Of a stretch of 64,000 bases of DNA, positions 23,622 through 34,183 are shown in pieces. The position numbers were made by a program, and so were the translations under genes. Below the pieces are notes generated by a model that saw nothing but the letters and a program-made list of their open reading frames with translations, ran no database searches and was not told where the DNA came from. This stretch comes from Candidatus Sacchlamyda saccharinae. GTDB taxonomy: Bacteria > Chlamydiota > Chlamydiia > Chlamydiales > Rhabdochlamydiaceae. How positions within the stretch are numbered: the stretch's first letter is position 1; each line of letters opens with the position of its first letter. The stretch covers positions 34,674-98,673 of the forward strand of contig JAUHQI010000002.1 in the NCBI GenBank assembly GCA_030408505.1, read 5' to 3'.

Positions 23622-24839
23622 ATGCCACTAAAAAAATTGGCTTGCTCCCTACTCTTTTCCTTCCCTTTATGGGCAGGACTTGGAAATGCCTACATCGCAA
23701 ATAATGGATCGAATGATGTGAGTGTTGTAGATACTTCAACAAATACAGTCTTAGGAACTATTTCAGTTGGGTCAGGCCCCTCAGGTATTGCAATCACTCC
23801 TGACGGCGCCAAAGCTTATGTGCCTAATTTTGACGATGATACTGTCAGTGTGATCAATACGAGCACTAATTTTGGGATAGCAACCATAAGTGTTGGAAGT
23901 GAACCCAATGGTTTAGCCATAACTCCAGATGGAAAACAAGTATACATAGCCAACAGTAGTTCTCAAACAATCAGTATCATTGATACCTCTTCAGATACGG
24001 TTGTTGGGACCATTACAGTATCCCCTGTAGGAGAGGGGCCCCAAACTGTAGCCTTTACCCCTGATGGGACAAAAGCCTACGTCCCGAATTTTGTCACTGA
24101 CAACGTCAGTATTATTGACACGAGCAGCGCATCTGTTGTTGGCGTGATCGATGTTGGGACAGACCCTGAAGGCGCTGCTGTCACTCCTGACGGAACAAAA
24201 GTTTATATCGCAGCTACCGATATTTTTGTCATTGATACGAAAAGTGATACCATCCTCACAACCATTGATGTTGGGACAAGACCTCAGGGCATCGCCTTCA
24301 CACTTGATGGAAGAAAAGCTTACATTACAAATTCCAACTCGAATGATGTCAGCATCATCGATACGTCTACAAATACAGTTATTGGGACAGTAATGGTAGA
24401 TTTAGAGCCCATTGGGATAGCCCTTTCCCCAGATGGAAAAGAGGTATATGTAACGAATTCAACCTCAAATACCTTTACAGTGATCAACACACAGACCGAT
24501 ACCGTAATCGATACTGGCAGCTCGCCTACCAATCCCATCGCTATAGCCTTTGGCTTTGCACAAATTTCTACAAATGCCCAGGCCAAAGAAGATATTTTTT
24601 TAACACAGACAGAACTCTTCAATCTTATCTCTTGGTCTCCAACCCCTGTTCTCCCTGCATCATATGACATATTTCGCGGCAAGAACGCTAATGAGTTTAT
24701 TGGTAGCGTCCCTGGAACTGTGACCGAATTCATCGATCACAACCGGAAAAAAAATGAGGCAAACATTTACTTTGTTTTTGGGAAAGGTACTGATGGCGCT
24801 ATTCTCTCGCGAGGAGTAACTGGCGTCAAGACCGAGTGA
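23622..24839 (+). CDS. Secreted YVTN-family beta-propeller repeat protein
   Basis: Signal peptide, then about seven ~40-aa repeats of the type AYVxNxxSNDVSVIDTSTNTVxGTIxVGxxPxGIAxTPDG, and a C-terminal ~90-aa extra domain. Confidence 0.85.
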   Translation: MPLKKLACSLLFSFPLWAGLGNAYIANNGSNDVSVVDTSTNTVLGTISVGSGPSGIAITPDGAKAYVPNFDDDTVSVINTSTNFGIATISVGSEPNGLAITPDGKQVYIANSSSQTISIIDTSSDTVVGTITVSPVGEGPQTVAFTPDGTKAYVPNFVTDNVSIIDTSSASVVGVIDVGTDPEGAAVTPDGTKVYIAATDIFVIDTKSDTILTTIDVGTRPQGIAFTLDGRKAYITNSNSNDVSIIDTSTNTVIGTVMVDLEPIGIALSPDGKEVYVTNSTSNTFTVINTQTDTVIDTGSSPTNPIAIAFGFAQISTNAQAKEDIFLTQTELFNLISWSPTPVLPASYDIFRGKNANEFIGSVPGTVTEFIDHNRKKNEANIYFVFGKGTDGAILSRGVTGVKTE

Positions 24840-25710
24840 ATCGGTCCAGGTATAAAGTTTGTCCGGCTTTTAAGGAAACAGCTCCTTTTGCCAACTCACC
24901 ACTTTGACGTAGACTTTTGCGAATACGAAACGTTTTCAACCCCTTCTTCAAAGACAGCTTAATTTCTCTCGAAGTGATTGGACGGATGATCACTTTCTTA
25001 AGCTGCTTCTTCGACCACTCAATATCGAGCTCATCGCCCTCTAGAGTTTCCAAATGGATAAAACGCCCAGCATGAAATTCTTTAGGAAGAGCTGGTAGAA
25101 AATGCCACGTATTTTTATCTGCAAAGAAAAAGAGCTCTTCAATCTGTCTTGCCCCCTCATGTAGGAGACCTAAGGGGCATAGATTATTGGGAGGATCAAA
25201 ATCGGGAATCAAACCCAGATAATTTTCATCTTTAAGCCTTGGGCAAAACAGCCCTTGGAAGCCCGCTTGGAAAAAATCCTCGAGCCTCCCCTCCTCAAGC
25301 AATTGCATCGTCCCTATTGGTTTGCTTGGCAATGCAACCTCGGGAATGAGCTGAGAAAGTTTTAGCCACAAAGGGAACACTTCGGCCATATCAGAGCGTC
25401 TTTTAATCATCTCAAAATCTTGCTTTTTATGAACCCCCATATAAAGCCGCTTCTTTGAAGGAAAAAGAGACTGTTTTTCTAAAGAAAGCTCCTTACCACA
25501 AACGAGGAGCCTCCCCTTTTCTAAGTCGAGCATCACAGTGAATTTGGTGGAGGGGGCAATAGTAAGCTCTTTAGTTTTTCCATTCTTGAGATCACGCAAA
25601 AAAACCTTCGTGGGAAAGACTTGCGCCTCCCAAGTGGTGTACGGAATGAGACTCCGGATGCCGGGTCGATGAGAAAAGGGTCGAAATTTCGTTGTTATTT
25701 GGATACGCAT
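24826..25710 (-). CDS. Hypothetical protein
   Basis: 294-aa ORF packed between the YVTN gene and mtaB with short overlaps on both sides. No motif recognised. Confidence 0.45.
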   Translation of the reverse strand: MRIQITTKFRPFSHRPGIRSLIPYTTWEAQVFPTKVFLRDLKNGKTKELTIAPSTKFTVMLDLEKGRLLVCGKELSLEKQSLFPSKKRLYMGVHKKQDFEMIKRRSDMAEVFPLWLKLSQLIPEVALPSKPIGTMQLLEEGRLEDFFQAGFQGLFCPRLKDENYLGLIPDFDPPNNLCPLGLLHEGARQIEELFFFADKNTWHFLPALPKEFHAGRFIHLETLEGDELDIEWSKKQLKKVIIRPITSREIKLSLKKGLKTFRIRKSLRQSGELAKGAVSLKAGQTLYLDRFTRS

Positions 25711-26933
25711 CCGATGAGTCCCTCTGGTGTATTTTCCAATAGTTTTACCTGCACAATCTCATTGGCTTTCAAGCCCTCTTCTTGTAGCTTTACCTGCAAA
25801 AAATTCTCAGTATGGCCTGTATCGCCATTTTCTAAGAGCACAGGCATTGTCCGTCCTACATAGCCCTCTCTTAAAGAGTAGGCGATATGCTCTGAGAGGC
25901 GCAGCACCTTTTGCTTCCGCTCAGCTTTGACCGCATCCGATATCTGATTTGGATACAGCGCTGCCCTTGTCCTATCTCTAGGACTATAGGGAAACATATG
26001 GACTTTAGCAAACTCTACCTGGCCCATTAGATCTAGCGTATCGGCAAAATCCGCATCAGTCTCGCCTGGGAAGCCCACAATCACATCCGTTGTAAAAGTA
26101 AAATCTTTTGAAGCGCCCTTACACTTCTCAATTGCTTCGACAAACATCTGGCGAGTGTACTTACGATTCATCTTCTTCAAAATGGCATTAGATCCCGACT
26201 GCAAGACAATATGCATGCTATGACAGGTTGTTTTTCCATGGATAACCGCATCTAACAAAGCCTCATCGATTTCATCGGGGTCGATAGAAGAGATCCGCAA
26301 ACGCTCTAATCCTTTTACTTGGTCAATGGCTCGCACAAGCTCCGCAAGCGTTTTGCCACCCCCATCAAAATCTCCTACATTGACGCCCGTGATCACCACT
26401 TCCTTGTAACCATTCTCCACAAGAGTTTCGCACTCCCTTATAATGGAATCAAAATCCCGAGAACGTGAGCGCCCCCTAACGTATGGGATAATACAATAGG
26501 TGCAAAAAGAATTGCATCCATCCTGGACCTTTACAAAAGCCCTGGTATGCCCACCAAACTGATCAATAGCAAATTCGGGCCACTCTTCTTCTGGCATCAC
26601 TTGGCGCAAAAGATTTTCTTTAGATTTATTCGCCACCACCTCATCCACCTCTTCCATAGAAGCAAGTTCCTGGGGAAGACGATCGGCTAAACATCCGGTC
26701 ACCACAACTTTGGCCCCTGGATGCTGGCGAGAGAGTTGGCGGATCTGGTGACGAGATGATTTATCTGCCCCATCTGTCACAGTGCACGTATTGATGATAC
26801 AAAGATCGGCCACTTCGCCTTTTTTTGCTTCCTTATAACCCATGCCACGCAATTGTTTTTCGTATGCTGCCGACTCATATTGATTGGTCCGACAACCGAG
26901 CGTTGAAAGCTTATATTTTTTTCCTTTTTCCAT
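25695..26933 (-). CDS. mtaB: MtaB-type tRNA methylthiotransferase (radical SAM)
   Basis: N-terminal LSTLGCRTNQYES, radical-SAM CNSFCTYCIIPYVRG, and a C-terminal TRAM-like region. The start is taken at MEKGKKY. Confidence 0.85.
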   Translation of the reverse strand: MEKGKKYKLSTLGCRTNQYESAAYEKQLRGMGYKEAKKGEVADLCIINTCTVTDGADKSSRHQIRQLSRQHPGAKVVVTGCLADRLPQELASMEEVDEVVANKSKENLLRQVMPEEEWPEFAIDQFGGHTRAFVKVQDGCNSFCTYCIIPYVRGRSRSRDFDSIIRECETLVENGYKEVVITGVNVGDFDGGGKTLAELVRAIDQVKGLERLRISSIDPDEIDEALLDAVIHGKTTCHSMHIVLQSGSNAILKKMNRKYTRQMFVEAIEKCKGASKDFTFTTDVIVGFPGETDADFADTLDLMGQVEFAKVHMFPYSPRDRTRAALYPNQISDAVKAERKQKVLRLSEHIAYSLREGYVGRTMPVLLENGDTGHTENFLQVKLQEEGLKANEIVQVKLLENTPEGLIGCVSK

Positions 26934-27093
26934 AGGAGAAATGGTATCACAATACCCTCTGATTTTCAAGAGAAGCTCACAGCAAATAAGCAATATTTTT
27001 GCCTAATCACAAGAGAATCTTAAAAAATCGATTGGCGTAAATTCACAAACTCCGCTACAATGACAGTCATTCTGAAACCCACTGGAGGTAACA

Positions 27094-27471
27094 ATGCAAG
27101 TTTCAACTGTAAGTGCTGGTAATGAGACAGCAAATGCTGCAGCAGCAAAACCAAGTACAGAAGAGTTCAAAGGCCACTATGTTGTAAAAGGCCAAGTACA
27201 AAGAACATGGGGAGAAGCTCTGACTCGTTCTGATATTAGCTCTCTTCAAACTGAGTACGAAGAAGCTAACGCCCCTAAATCAGCAAAGGACGAAGGATAC
27301 TCTCTAATGACTCCTTTCAACTTTGTTGGTGGAATCATTTCTAGCGTATTTGGATTCCTAGGAACAATGGTTAGCTCAATCCTCGGTGTCTGCGGATACG
27401 GCGGAGAAGGTGCAGCCGAAGCTGAAGGAACAGCAAAAGCTGAAGACAAGGCAGAAGCTAAAAAAGCGTAA
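27094..27471 (+). CDS. Hypothetical small protein with one long hydrophobic segment and a charged Ala/Glu/Lys tail
   Basis: 125-aa ORF with GGAGG 6-7 nt upstream of the ATG and a strong terminator downstream. Hydrophobic stretch FNFVGGIISSVFGFLGTMVSSILGVCGY. Confidence 0.5.
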   Translation: MQVSTVSAGNETANAAAAKPSTEEFKGHYVVKGQVQRTWGEALTRSDISSLQTEYEEANAPKSAKDEGYSLMTPFNFVGGIISSVFGFLGTMVSSILGVCGYGGEGAAEAEGTAKAEDKAEAKKA

Positions 27472-27500
27472 GCACGCTTTTTATCTTGTTAACTTGATAA

Positions 27501-27531
27501 CGCTCCTCGTTTATGCGAGGGGCGTTTTTTT
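27501..27531 (+). terminator. Rho-independent terminator
   Basis: cgctcctcg / cgaggggcg stem (27501-27524) followed by the T-run 27525-27531. Confidence 0.7.
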
Positions 27532-28210
27532 ATTTCAAAAATTCAGAGTTTTTTAATGAAATATGGCGGTCTTTGCCAATGATGAGGTGGTCGGCAATCG
27601 AGATGCCCATGATCTTAGCACTTTTTAGCAGCTGATGTGTCAATGTGATATCCGCTTTTGAAGGGGTCGGATCCCCACTAGGATGATTGTGGCAAAGAAC
27701 TAGGCTGTGGGCATTGTGGTGGATCGCAAGCTGAAAAACTTCTCGCGGGTGTACTAGAACTTCAGAAAGTGTTCCGATACTGACAATCTCATGATGAATG
27801 TGGCGACATTTGATGTCGCGCAAAATGACGAGAAGAGCCTCCTTTTTAAAGTGCCCGATTTCAGGTACAGCAATAGACAGAGCATCTTGGACGGTCATCA
27901 CCATCCGTTGCGGGGCCAACTTCTCTTTAGAAGCTCGCAAGGCAATACCAAAGGCCGCTTTGAGCAAGATTGCTTTGGCTTTGCCGACTCCCTTGACTTT
28001 AGTCAGTTCTTCAATCGACGCACTTAAAAGACCTTGAATGCCACCAAATTGGAGGAGGAGCTCTTGCGCTAAAATGAGCACGGTCTTGCCTTGCGTTCCC
28101 GTACCGAGGAGGATGGCCACAAGTTCTTGCAAGGAGAGGGCATCAATCCCATCGCGTACGAGACGCTCTCTAGGCAGTTCAGAAGCTGGCATTTGTTTGG
28201 CTAAGCTCAT
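27530..28210 (-). CDS. radC: RadC-family JAMM-domain protein
   Basis: HhH-like N-terminus and the JAMM motif HNHPSGDPTPSKAD. Confidence 0.9.
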   Translation of the reverse strand: MSLAKQMPASELPRERLVRDGIDALSLQELVAILLGTGTQGKTVLILAQELLLQFGGIQGLLSASIEELTKVKGVGKAKAILLKAAFGIALRASKEKLAPQRMVMTVQDALSIAVPEIGHFKKEALLVILRDIKCRHIHHEIVSIGTLSEVLVHPREVFQLAIHHNAHSLVLCHNHPSGDPTPSKADITLTHQLLKSAKIMGISIADHLIIGKDRHISLKNSEFLK

Positions 28211-29457
28211 TTGACAAAACGCTCCACGAGTTTCTGCATACGGGTGGGGATTTCCACCTCCATCACGACATCATTGTCTTCATACTCAATACTAATTACC
28301 CTCCCCTCTTTCATAAGCTGTGAGACTAGGGCGTAGTGGCTTTGAGGAATAACTAGATGAACAACTTTGGAAAGCGCTTGAATCGCCTCTTCCATCTTCT
28401 GCATCAAAGCATCAAATCCTGTTTTCTCAAGAGCAGAAATCTGGACAGTATGAGGGTGAGCGATGCGGAGTTTTTGGAGCAATGCTTTGTCCTGGCACTG
28501 GTCGATTTTGTTGAGCACTGTGATCATCGGCAAATCGGTTGCCCCAAGCTCTTTGAGCACTTCTAAGGTCGCCTCACCTTGCTCTAGAGCAAAAGAGCTA
28601 CTGGCGTCGATGAGATGCAAAAGGACATCTGTGTGAATCGCCTCCTCCAATGTGCTCTTAAAGGCTGCAATGAGCGTGTGGGGAATTTTGCGAATAAATC
28701 CCACTGTATCAATGAGAAGAATTTCCTGGTTGTTGGGAAGGGTATATTTTCTTGTCGTTGTATCGAGTGTAGCAAAGAGCTTATCTTCAACAAGTACTTC
28801 TGCTTTTGTCAGTGCTTTTAAAAGGGTTGATTTCCCAGCATTGGTGTAGCCTACAATGGCGAAGGTGGGCACTCCCCTCCTCTGTCTTTGAGCGCGCTGG
28901 GTTGAGCGGGTGGCCCGCACCTGCTCAATCTCCTTTTGCAATCTTGCAGATCTGTGGCGCAGCATCCTTCGATCGAGCTCGATCTGCTTTTCTCCCGCGC
29001 CACGCAGTGCGCCCCCTGCGCCCCCAACTTGTCGAGAGAGGTGGGTCCATAAGCGCTTGAGCCGAGGCAGCTGATAGCGGATTTTAGCAAGCTCTATTTG
29101 GAGCATCGCTTCTCTTGTCTGGGCTCTTTGGGCAAAGACCTCCAAAATGAGTTCAGTCCGGTCCAAAACAGGGCGCTTAAACACCTCTTCGAGATTTTTT
29201 TGCTGCTGGGGCGAGATCTCTTCATCAAAGATCACAACATCAGCTTTGTATTCTTCAGCAACAGCAAAAAGCTCTTGGAGTTTGCCCTTACCGATGATGG
29301 TGCTGGAGGTGATTTGTCTCAAAGCAACGGGGACCTTGGCAACCGTTTCTAAGCCATAGGTCTTAGCTAGACTTTCGAGTTCATCAATCGAATCTTCACT
29401 AAAGTTTTTTTCGTCTGCCTTAAGGTAAAAAGCAATGAGTAGTGCGGTTTTCGTCAT
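28207..29457 (-). CDS. hflX: GTPase HflX
   Basis: HflX N-terminal domain. G1 GYTNAGKST, G3 DTVGF, G4 NKID. Confidence 0.92.
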   Translation of the reverse strand: MTKTALLIAFYLKADEKNFSEDSIDELESLAKTYGLETVAKVPVALRQITSSTIIGKGKLQELFAVAEEYKADVVIFDEEISPQQQKNLEEVFKRPVLDRTELILEVFAQRAQTREAMLQIELAKIRYQLPRLKRLWTHLSRQVGGAGGALRGAGEKQIELDRRMLRHRSARLQKEIEQVRATRSTQRAQRQRRGVPTFAIVGYTNAGKSTLLKALTKAEVLVEDKLFATLDTTTRKYTLPNNQEILLIDTVGFIRKIPHTLIAAFKSTLEEAIHTDVLLHLIDASSSFALEQGEATLEVLKELGATDLPMITVLNKIDQCQDKALLQKLRIAHPHTVQISALEKTGFDALMQKMEEAIQALSKVVHLVIPQSHYALVSQLMKEGRVISIEYEDNDVVMEVEIPTRMQKLVERFVK

Positions 29458-30236
29458 AAAATAAATGGTATTTCCAAACCGTCATGGGCCAAACACATGT
29501 CAGCTGGTAATTTTTGATTTGTCTCTTCATGGTCCAGATCGTGGGCAATGTGGGTGAAGAAAGTCCTCTTTGCCCCCACCTTCCTTGCAAAGGCTATGGC
29601 CTCTTCGATACTAAAATGCACTTCCGAGGGGGTGTAACGTAGCGCGCTTAAAACTAACGTATCAACCCCTTTTATCTCCTCCACTACCCGGTCACTGTAC
29701 TCTCGTATGTCTGAGATATAGGCCAGACCGCCCCACCTATACCCTGTCACCTTCATATTGGCTTGGGTATAACTCACATAAGTTACAGGCACCCCACCAA
29801 ATTTTGTTTTTCCAAAATCTTCTTCTAAAATTTGGAAGTCGAGTTGAGCCTGCAATGAGCCATCTGATTGCTTGGTATTGAAGAGATAATGAAAGCGATG
29901 ACGCAGCTCGTTATAACTATCGATAGAGGCGAGTGTTGGCAGGCGCAATTTATGTTTTAGGTAAAAAATGCGGAGCTCATCAATCCCCCCAATATGGTCA
30001 TAGTGAGTGTGGGTCAGATAAACCCCGTCCAGAAAATCAATGTTGTAATGAAGAGCTTGGTCTCTGAAATCGGGCCCAACGTCAATGAGAAAGTTCTTTT
30101 TTCCAATGGTTAAGAGAGCAGAAGGCCTGTAGCGCTTATTAAATGGCGAGGAAGAAGTGCAAACCTTGCACTTGCATGTAATAATGGGAACGCCTGCTGA
30201 GCCACCTGTCCCAAGAAAGAGGAGTTTTGCTTGCAT
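29454..30236 (-). CDS. MBL-fold metallo-hydrolase (PhnP-like)
   Basis: HTHYDHIGG metal-binding motif and an N-terminal Cys cluster (CKCKVC). Confidence 0.8.
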   Translation of the reverse strand: MQAKLLFLGTGGSAGVPIITCKCKVCTSSSPFNKRYRPSALLTIGKKNFLIDVGPDFRDQALHYNIDFLDGVYLTHTHYDHIGGIDELRIFYLKHKLRLPTLASIDSYNELRHRFHYLFNTKQSDGSLQAQLDFQILEEDFGKTKFGGVPVTYVSYTQANMKVTGYRWGGLAYISDIREYSDRVVEEIKGVDTLVLSALRYTPSEVHFSIEEAIAFARKVGAKRTFFTHIAHDLDHEETNQKLPADMCLAHDGLEIPFIL

Positions 30237-30245
30237 ACAGACATA

Positions 30246-31175
30246 TTACGATTTTTGAAGAATTTGTGCAGCAAGCATTCGACCATAAAGGCCATGATAA
30301 AGAAGGCCTCTCGAACCGAGTCCAGTAAAGACTGTAGCCTTTTCCCCTACTTTTTCAATAATGGGCGCGTAGTGCCCTATCGGGCAAACGCGAACACCAG
30401 AGCGACACGCAACGATGTTTGATCCCGTGCATAGATCCAACTTATCTTGTAACAACTTTTTTGCAGTCTCTAGATCTGGCTCAATACTTGAAAATTCTTT
30501 CTCATAGGTCGAGCCAATTTCAAAGCGCGCAGAGGAACCAACGTGAGCAATATACCCTCTAGAAATAAAACTCTTTTCATGAGGCGGCTCCCCTTCCATT
30601 GAAAGAGCTTGCCCTTTGAGAAATTTGACTTTGATATTTTTGCACTCATCAAAATTTCTAACCCCGTGCCCAGAAGCGATGACGATATGATCAAAGTTTT
30701 CTAGCTCGTTTAGGGATTGTACATTTTGGATGACAAACAGCGCGCCCATATTACTGAGCGCAGAACTCAAGCCCTGAAGATAGTTTTCAGAGACTACGGT
30801 AGACCCCGAATGGATCAAAAACAGGTCCTCTTGTTTATGCTCTACATCGCCATATTCTAAGGCGTGAGAATGCAGCCGGGCATGCTGCTCCTCTCCCATA
30901 CTCTTTCGGAAAATCCCAGACTCTGTGGCCACCATTTTGGATGTATGCTTTTCCGCTACTCTGATCAGTTGCCTTGTGACCATCAAAGCCTCACTGGCTT
31001 TGACACTTCTGCGCGCAGAGAGCCCTGGATAAGGGTGGAGAAGACCGCTGGCAACACCTGAGGCTCCAGCGCCCACACGCTCCTTTTCAAAAATGGTCAC
31101 CGCAGCGCCCGCTTCCAAGAAAAAATAGGCGGCGCCAAGACCTGCAAACCCCGCTCCAATGATTGCAATCTTCAT
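30246..31175 (-). CDS. FAD-dependent oxidoreductase (DAO-like)
   Basis: N-terminal dinucleotide-binding MKIAIIGAGFAGLGAAYF. Confidence 0.7.
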   Translation of the reverse strand: MKIAIIGAGFAGLGAAYFFLEAGAAVTIFEKERVGAGASGVASGLLHPYPGLSARRSVKASEALMVTRQLIRVAEKHTSKMVATESGIFRKSMGEEQHARLHSHALEYGDVEHKQEDLFLIHSGSTVVSENYLQGLSSALSNMGALFVIQNVQSLNELENFDHIVIASGHGVRNFDECKNIKVKFLKGQALSMEGEPPHEKSFISRGYIAHVGSSARFEIGSTYEKEFSSIEPDLETAKKLLQDKLDLCTGSNIVACRSGVRVCPIGHYAPIIEKVGEKATVFTGLGSRGLLYHGLYGRMLAAQILQKS

Positions 31176-31993
31176 GACTTTGAGAGGGCCTTTTGCATGA
31201 GAGCGTAGCTCTCAGCAGAGAAATTAAAAAAGAAAATGACAGAGGGGGTAAGAAGCGCACAGAACGGGAGCATCATAAAAAACCACTTAAAGAGCATAGA
31301 GAGCCCCCCAGCGGCATCGATGTAGAGAATGTGGGTCAAAGCAGCGGCAGAAGATAAAACACCAGCTGCAAGGAGCAATGGTAAAAGAGCAATCAGCGGA
31401 AGGACAAAACTCAAAAAGGGATTGATTTTGAGATCCTTCAGCACGGCTTCAGCAAGATCAGCCTTTAGCTCTGACTTAAATGAAGCGGCCGGAGTCACAT
31501 AAAACAGAATCAGCAAACTCAAAACACCGAGAGCAAGAGAGCCTAATACAAGTAAGAAAGGCCCAAAAGCCAACATTGAACTGATGAAGGCCCCCGCGTG
31601 AGGAATCGCGCGTAAAAGATAAAATACACCCAAAATCATCCAGAGGATCAGGTAGGCAAAAATCAGAGGTACGGCCAGATAGGGTATCCCCATAAAGAGA
31701 TCTTTTGCACCCTTGATCACCTTAAAATATTGGTATTTGATCCCCTTCACTTCATCGTGATAGATCCGGATCAAAACGATACCAACGGCTAGAAGAAGCC
31801 CCGCACACAAAAAGACCGGCAGAAAAGCAGTACTCATGACCATCCACTGCGAGACTCCCTGAGAGATCACTCTACAAATCACAGCCAAAAACCCGCATAG
31901 AGCCAAAACAGGAAAGACAAGAAAAAATTTTCTCTTAGAAAACGTATGCCTCAATGCACGATTAAAAATTTTCTCTAGATGGTCCCAACTCAT
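31172..31993 (-). CDS. Hypothetical polytopic membrane protein
   Basis: 273 aa with about 6-7 TM helices. 4-nt overlap with the downstream oxidoreductase gene. Confidence 0.5.
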   Translation of the reverse strand: MSWDHLEKIFNRALRHTFSKRKFFLVFPVLALCGFLAVICRVISQGVSQWMVMSTAFLPVFLCAGLLLAVGIVLIRIYHDEVKGIKYQYFKVIKGAKDLFMGIPYLAVPLIFAYLILWMILGVFYLLRAIPHAGAFISSMLAFGPFLLVLGSLALGVLSLLILFYVTPAASFKSELKADLAEAVLKDLKINPFLSFVLPLIALLPLLLAAGVLSSAAALTHILYIDAAGGLSMLFKWFFMMLPFCALLTPSVIFFFNFSAESYALMQKALSKS

Positions 31994-31998
31994 AATTT

Positions 31999-33159
31999 CT
32001 AGAGTATACGGGATGAGGGCATTTTCTGCAGATATTTCGGCCGGATAATCGGAGTCCCTTTTCCCTCTCTAGCCTCTAGCCTCTCATAGACAATTTGGAT
32101 CGCAACCCCAACGCAACGGGCCATGCCAAAAAGCAGAGTAAAATACTCTGGATAACCTAACCCAGCAGCGGTCAGCATCGTGCCAGAGATCGCATCGACG
32201 TTGGGATAGGGGTCGGCAACCTTTGGATTTTCTTTGAGGACCTTAGGCCCTGCTTCTTTAAGAAGCAGGGCAATTCTAGCTAAGGGGTGATCCGAGTAGT
32301 ACTTCTGAACAAAGTCGTATAAAATGCTTGCACGGGGATCTTCAGTCCGCAAAACGGCATGGCCAAAGCCAAAAATGAGCTTCCCCCTCTTTAGCCGATC
32401 CTGCAGCCAATCTTCCACCATTTCTAAGGAGGCATCATCTCCTAAAGCTTGGTGAAGCTCTTTGACAAATTCTAAAGTCACTTGGTTGGCACTGCCATGT
32501 CTTGGCCCTGAGAGTGCGCACATCGCAGAAGAGAGTGATCCGTATAGCCCCTCGAGCCCAGATGCAACCGCTTTGCCCACAAAGACAGAGAGGTTCCCAC
32601 CACCATGATCGTAGTGCAAAACGTTGAATAAGCTTAAAGCTTTTTCTAGCCCCAGATTTTTACCTGGGACATTCAGCATGTCTGCAAAACTCCCCATATA
32701 GGATCCACTTGGATCTTTAGTCTCGCCCCACCCCGCATGGTGATTGATCACAGAAGCTACGAGGTGGGGAAGTTGTGCAATCACATTGAGACAATCTTTT
32801 CGATAGTCACCTGTTTTTTCAAAGACATCGAGAAAGAGTAGAGCAATAGAAAAGAGCTTCATCGGATGCGCCTCTCTTGGCAACTGTTTAATCTGCCAAG
32901 CCACCTTCTTCGACAAATATCTTTGAGTGTTTATCTCTGAGAAAAAAGATTCTACATCCCCTACGCTCCCCTCTTTACGATGATAGAGCAAGTAGATCAC
33001 TTCCTCGGGCGACTTCAATGCCATCTCCCGAATAGAGCGACCACAATAAAACAGCCCTTGATCTGGATCCACATGAGACGTATCGCAATAGCCTATGGGA
33101 TAACCTCGCATCCCCGTGTCGAGATTCTCCTCCGTGATAGTAAAGAGAGGTTTTGTCAT
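31999..33159 (-). CDS. gltA: Citrate synthase
   Basis: [14 protein letters not shown] catalytic block and the overall citrate synthase pattern. Confidence 0.9.
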   Translation of the reverse strand: MTKPLFTITEENLDTGMRGYPIGYCDTSHVDPDQGLFYCGRSIREMALKSPEEVIYLLYHRKEGSVGDVESFFSEINTQRYLSKKVAWQIKQLPREAHPMKLFSIALLFLDVFEKTGDYRKDCLNVIAQLPHLVASVINHHAGWGETKDPSGSYMGSFADMLNVPGKNLGLEKALSLFNVLHYDHGGGNLSVFVGKAVASGLEGLYGSLSSAMCALSGPRHGSANQVTLEFVKELHQALGDDASLEMVEDWLQDRLKRGKLIFGFGHAVLRTEDPRASILYDFVQKYYSDHPLARIALLLKEAGPKVLKENPKVADPYPNVDAISGTMLTAAGLGYPEYFTLLFGMARCVGVAIQIVYERLEAREGKGTPIIRPKYLQKMPSSRIL

Positions 33160-34109
33160 AAACTATCCCGCTCTTCAATCAGCTCTTTTTCGGTAGCCGC
33201 AATCTTCTCTTTTATAAAAGGATCTATGGCAAGATCTTTGATGATTTCTATCTGGCCACCACCTAGGGATCTACAGGGAAAAGAAAACACTAGCCCGTCT
33301 GCAATCCCGTAAGGATTGCCATCCGACAAGAGTGCCACGGAAAACCACTCCGTTTCTTGCAAAAGAGATTGGATTGTCTCAATGACCGCATTTGCTGCAG
33401 AGGCAGCAGAAGATTTCCCCCGAGCTGCTATCACTGCAGCTCCCCTTTTTTGTACAATCTCAAAAAAAGTCGTCTCAAGCCACTTCCGATCTTCTATCCC
33501 CTTGCCGGCAATGGTGGCATGCGTAAAGTCTGGCACTTGAGTCGTTGAATGGTTCCCCCAAATGGCAACATTCTTCACATCTCCCACAAGCACACCGGCT
33601 TTGTTTGCGAGTTGGGCCCGTGCCCGGTTTTCATCCAGCCTCGTCATGGCAAAAATTTTACTCAGCTTCGGGGCATTTCGATGAAGAATAAGCGCATTCG
33701 TATTGCAAGGATTTCCCACAACTAAGACAGTGGCATTTGGATCTGCTACATCATTGAGCGCTTTTCCCTGCTCTACAAATATTTTAGCATTTTCACGCAA
33801 AAGATCCTTACGCTCCATCCCCGGTCCACGCGGCTTGGCGCCAATTAAAAGAGCAATCTCAACCCCTTCAAAAACCTTTCGAGGATCATCACCAATTTGT
33901 ACATCCGTTAATAAAGGAAAGGCACAGTCCTCAAGCTCCATCACAACCCCTTTAAGGGCATCTAGAGCCTCTGGAACCTCGAGAATCCGCAGAGAAATAG
34001 GCTGATCTCCGCCTAACATCTCCCCGTTTGCAATGCGAAAAAGTGCGCTGTAGGCAATTTGGCCAGAGCCTCCTGTAACTGCCACAACTTTAGGTGTTTT
34101 TTGTACCAT
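33156..34109 (-). CDS. mdh: Malate dehydrogenase (LDH-like, cytosolic-type)
   Basis: [25 protein letters not shown] and [12 protein letters not shown] blocks. Confidence 0.92.
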   Translation of the reverse strand: MVQKTPKVVAVTGGSGQIAYSALFRIANGEMLGGDQPISLRILEVPEALDALKGVVMELEDCAFPLLTDVQIGDDPRKVFEGVEIALLIGAKPRGPGMERKDLLRENAKIFVEQGKALNDVADPNATVLVVGNPCNTNALILHRNAPKLSKIFAMTRLDENRARAQLANKAGVLVGDVKNVAIWGNHSTTQVPDFTHATIAGKGIEDRKWLETTFFEIVQKRGAAVIAARGKSSAASAANAVIETIQSLLQETEWFSVALLSDGNPYGIADGLVFSFPCRSLGGGQIEIIKDLAIDPFIKEKIAATEKELIEERDSL

Positions 34110-34183
34110 AATAAAATTTTTATATATCTCTTCCGATGCTCTACTGTCAATTCAAATTGCTCTTTACAATCCTCTTGAGTATA

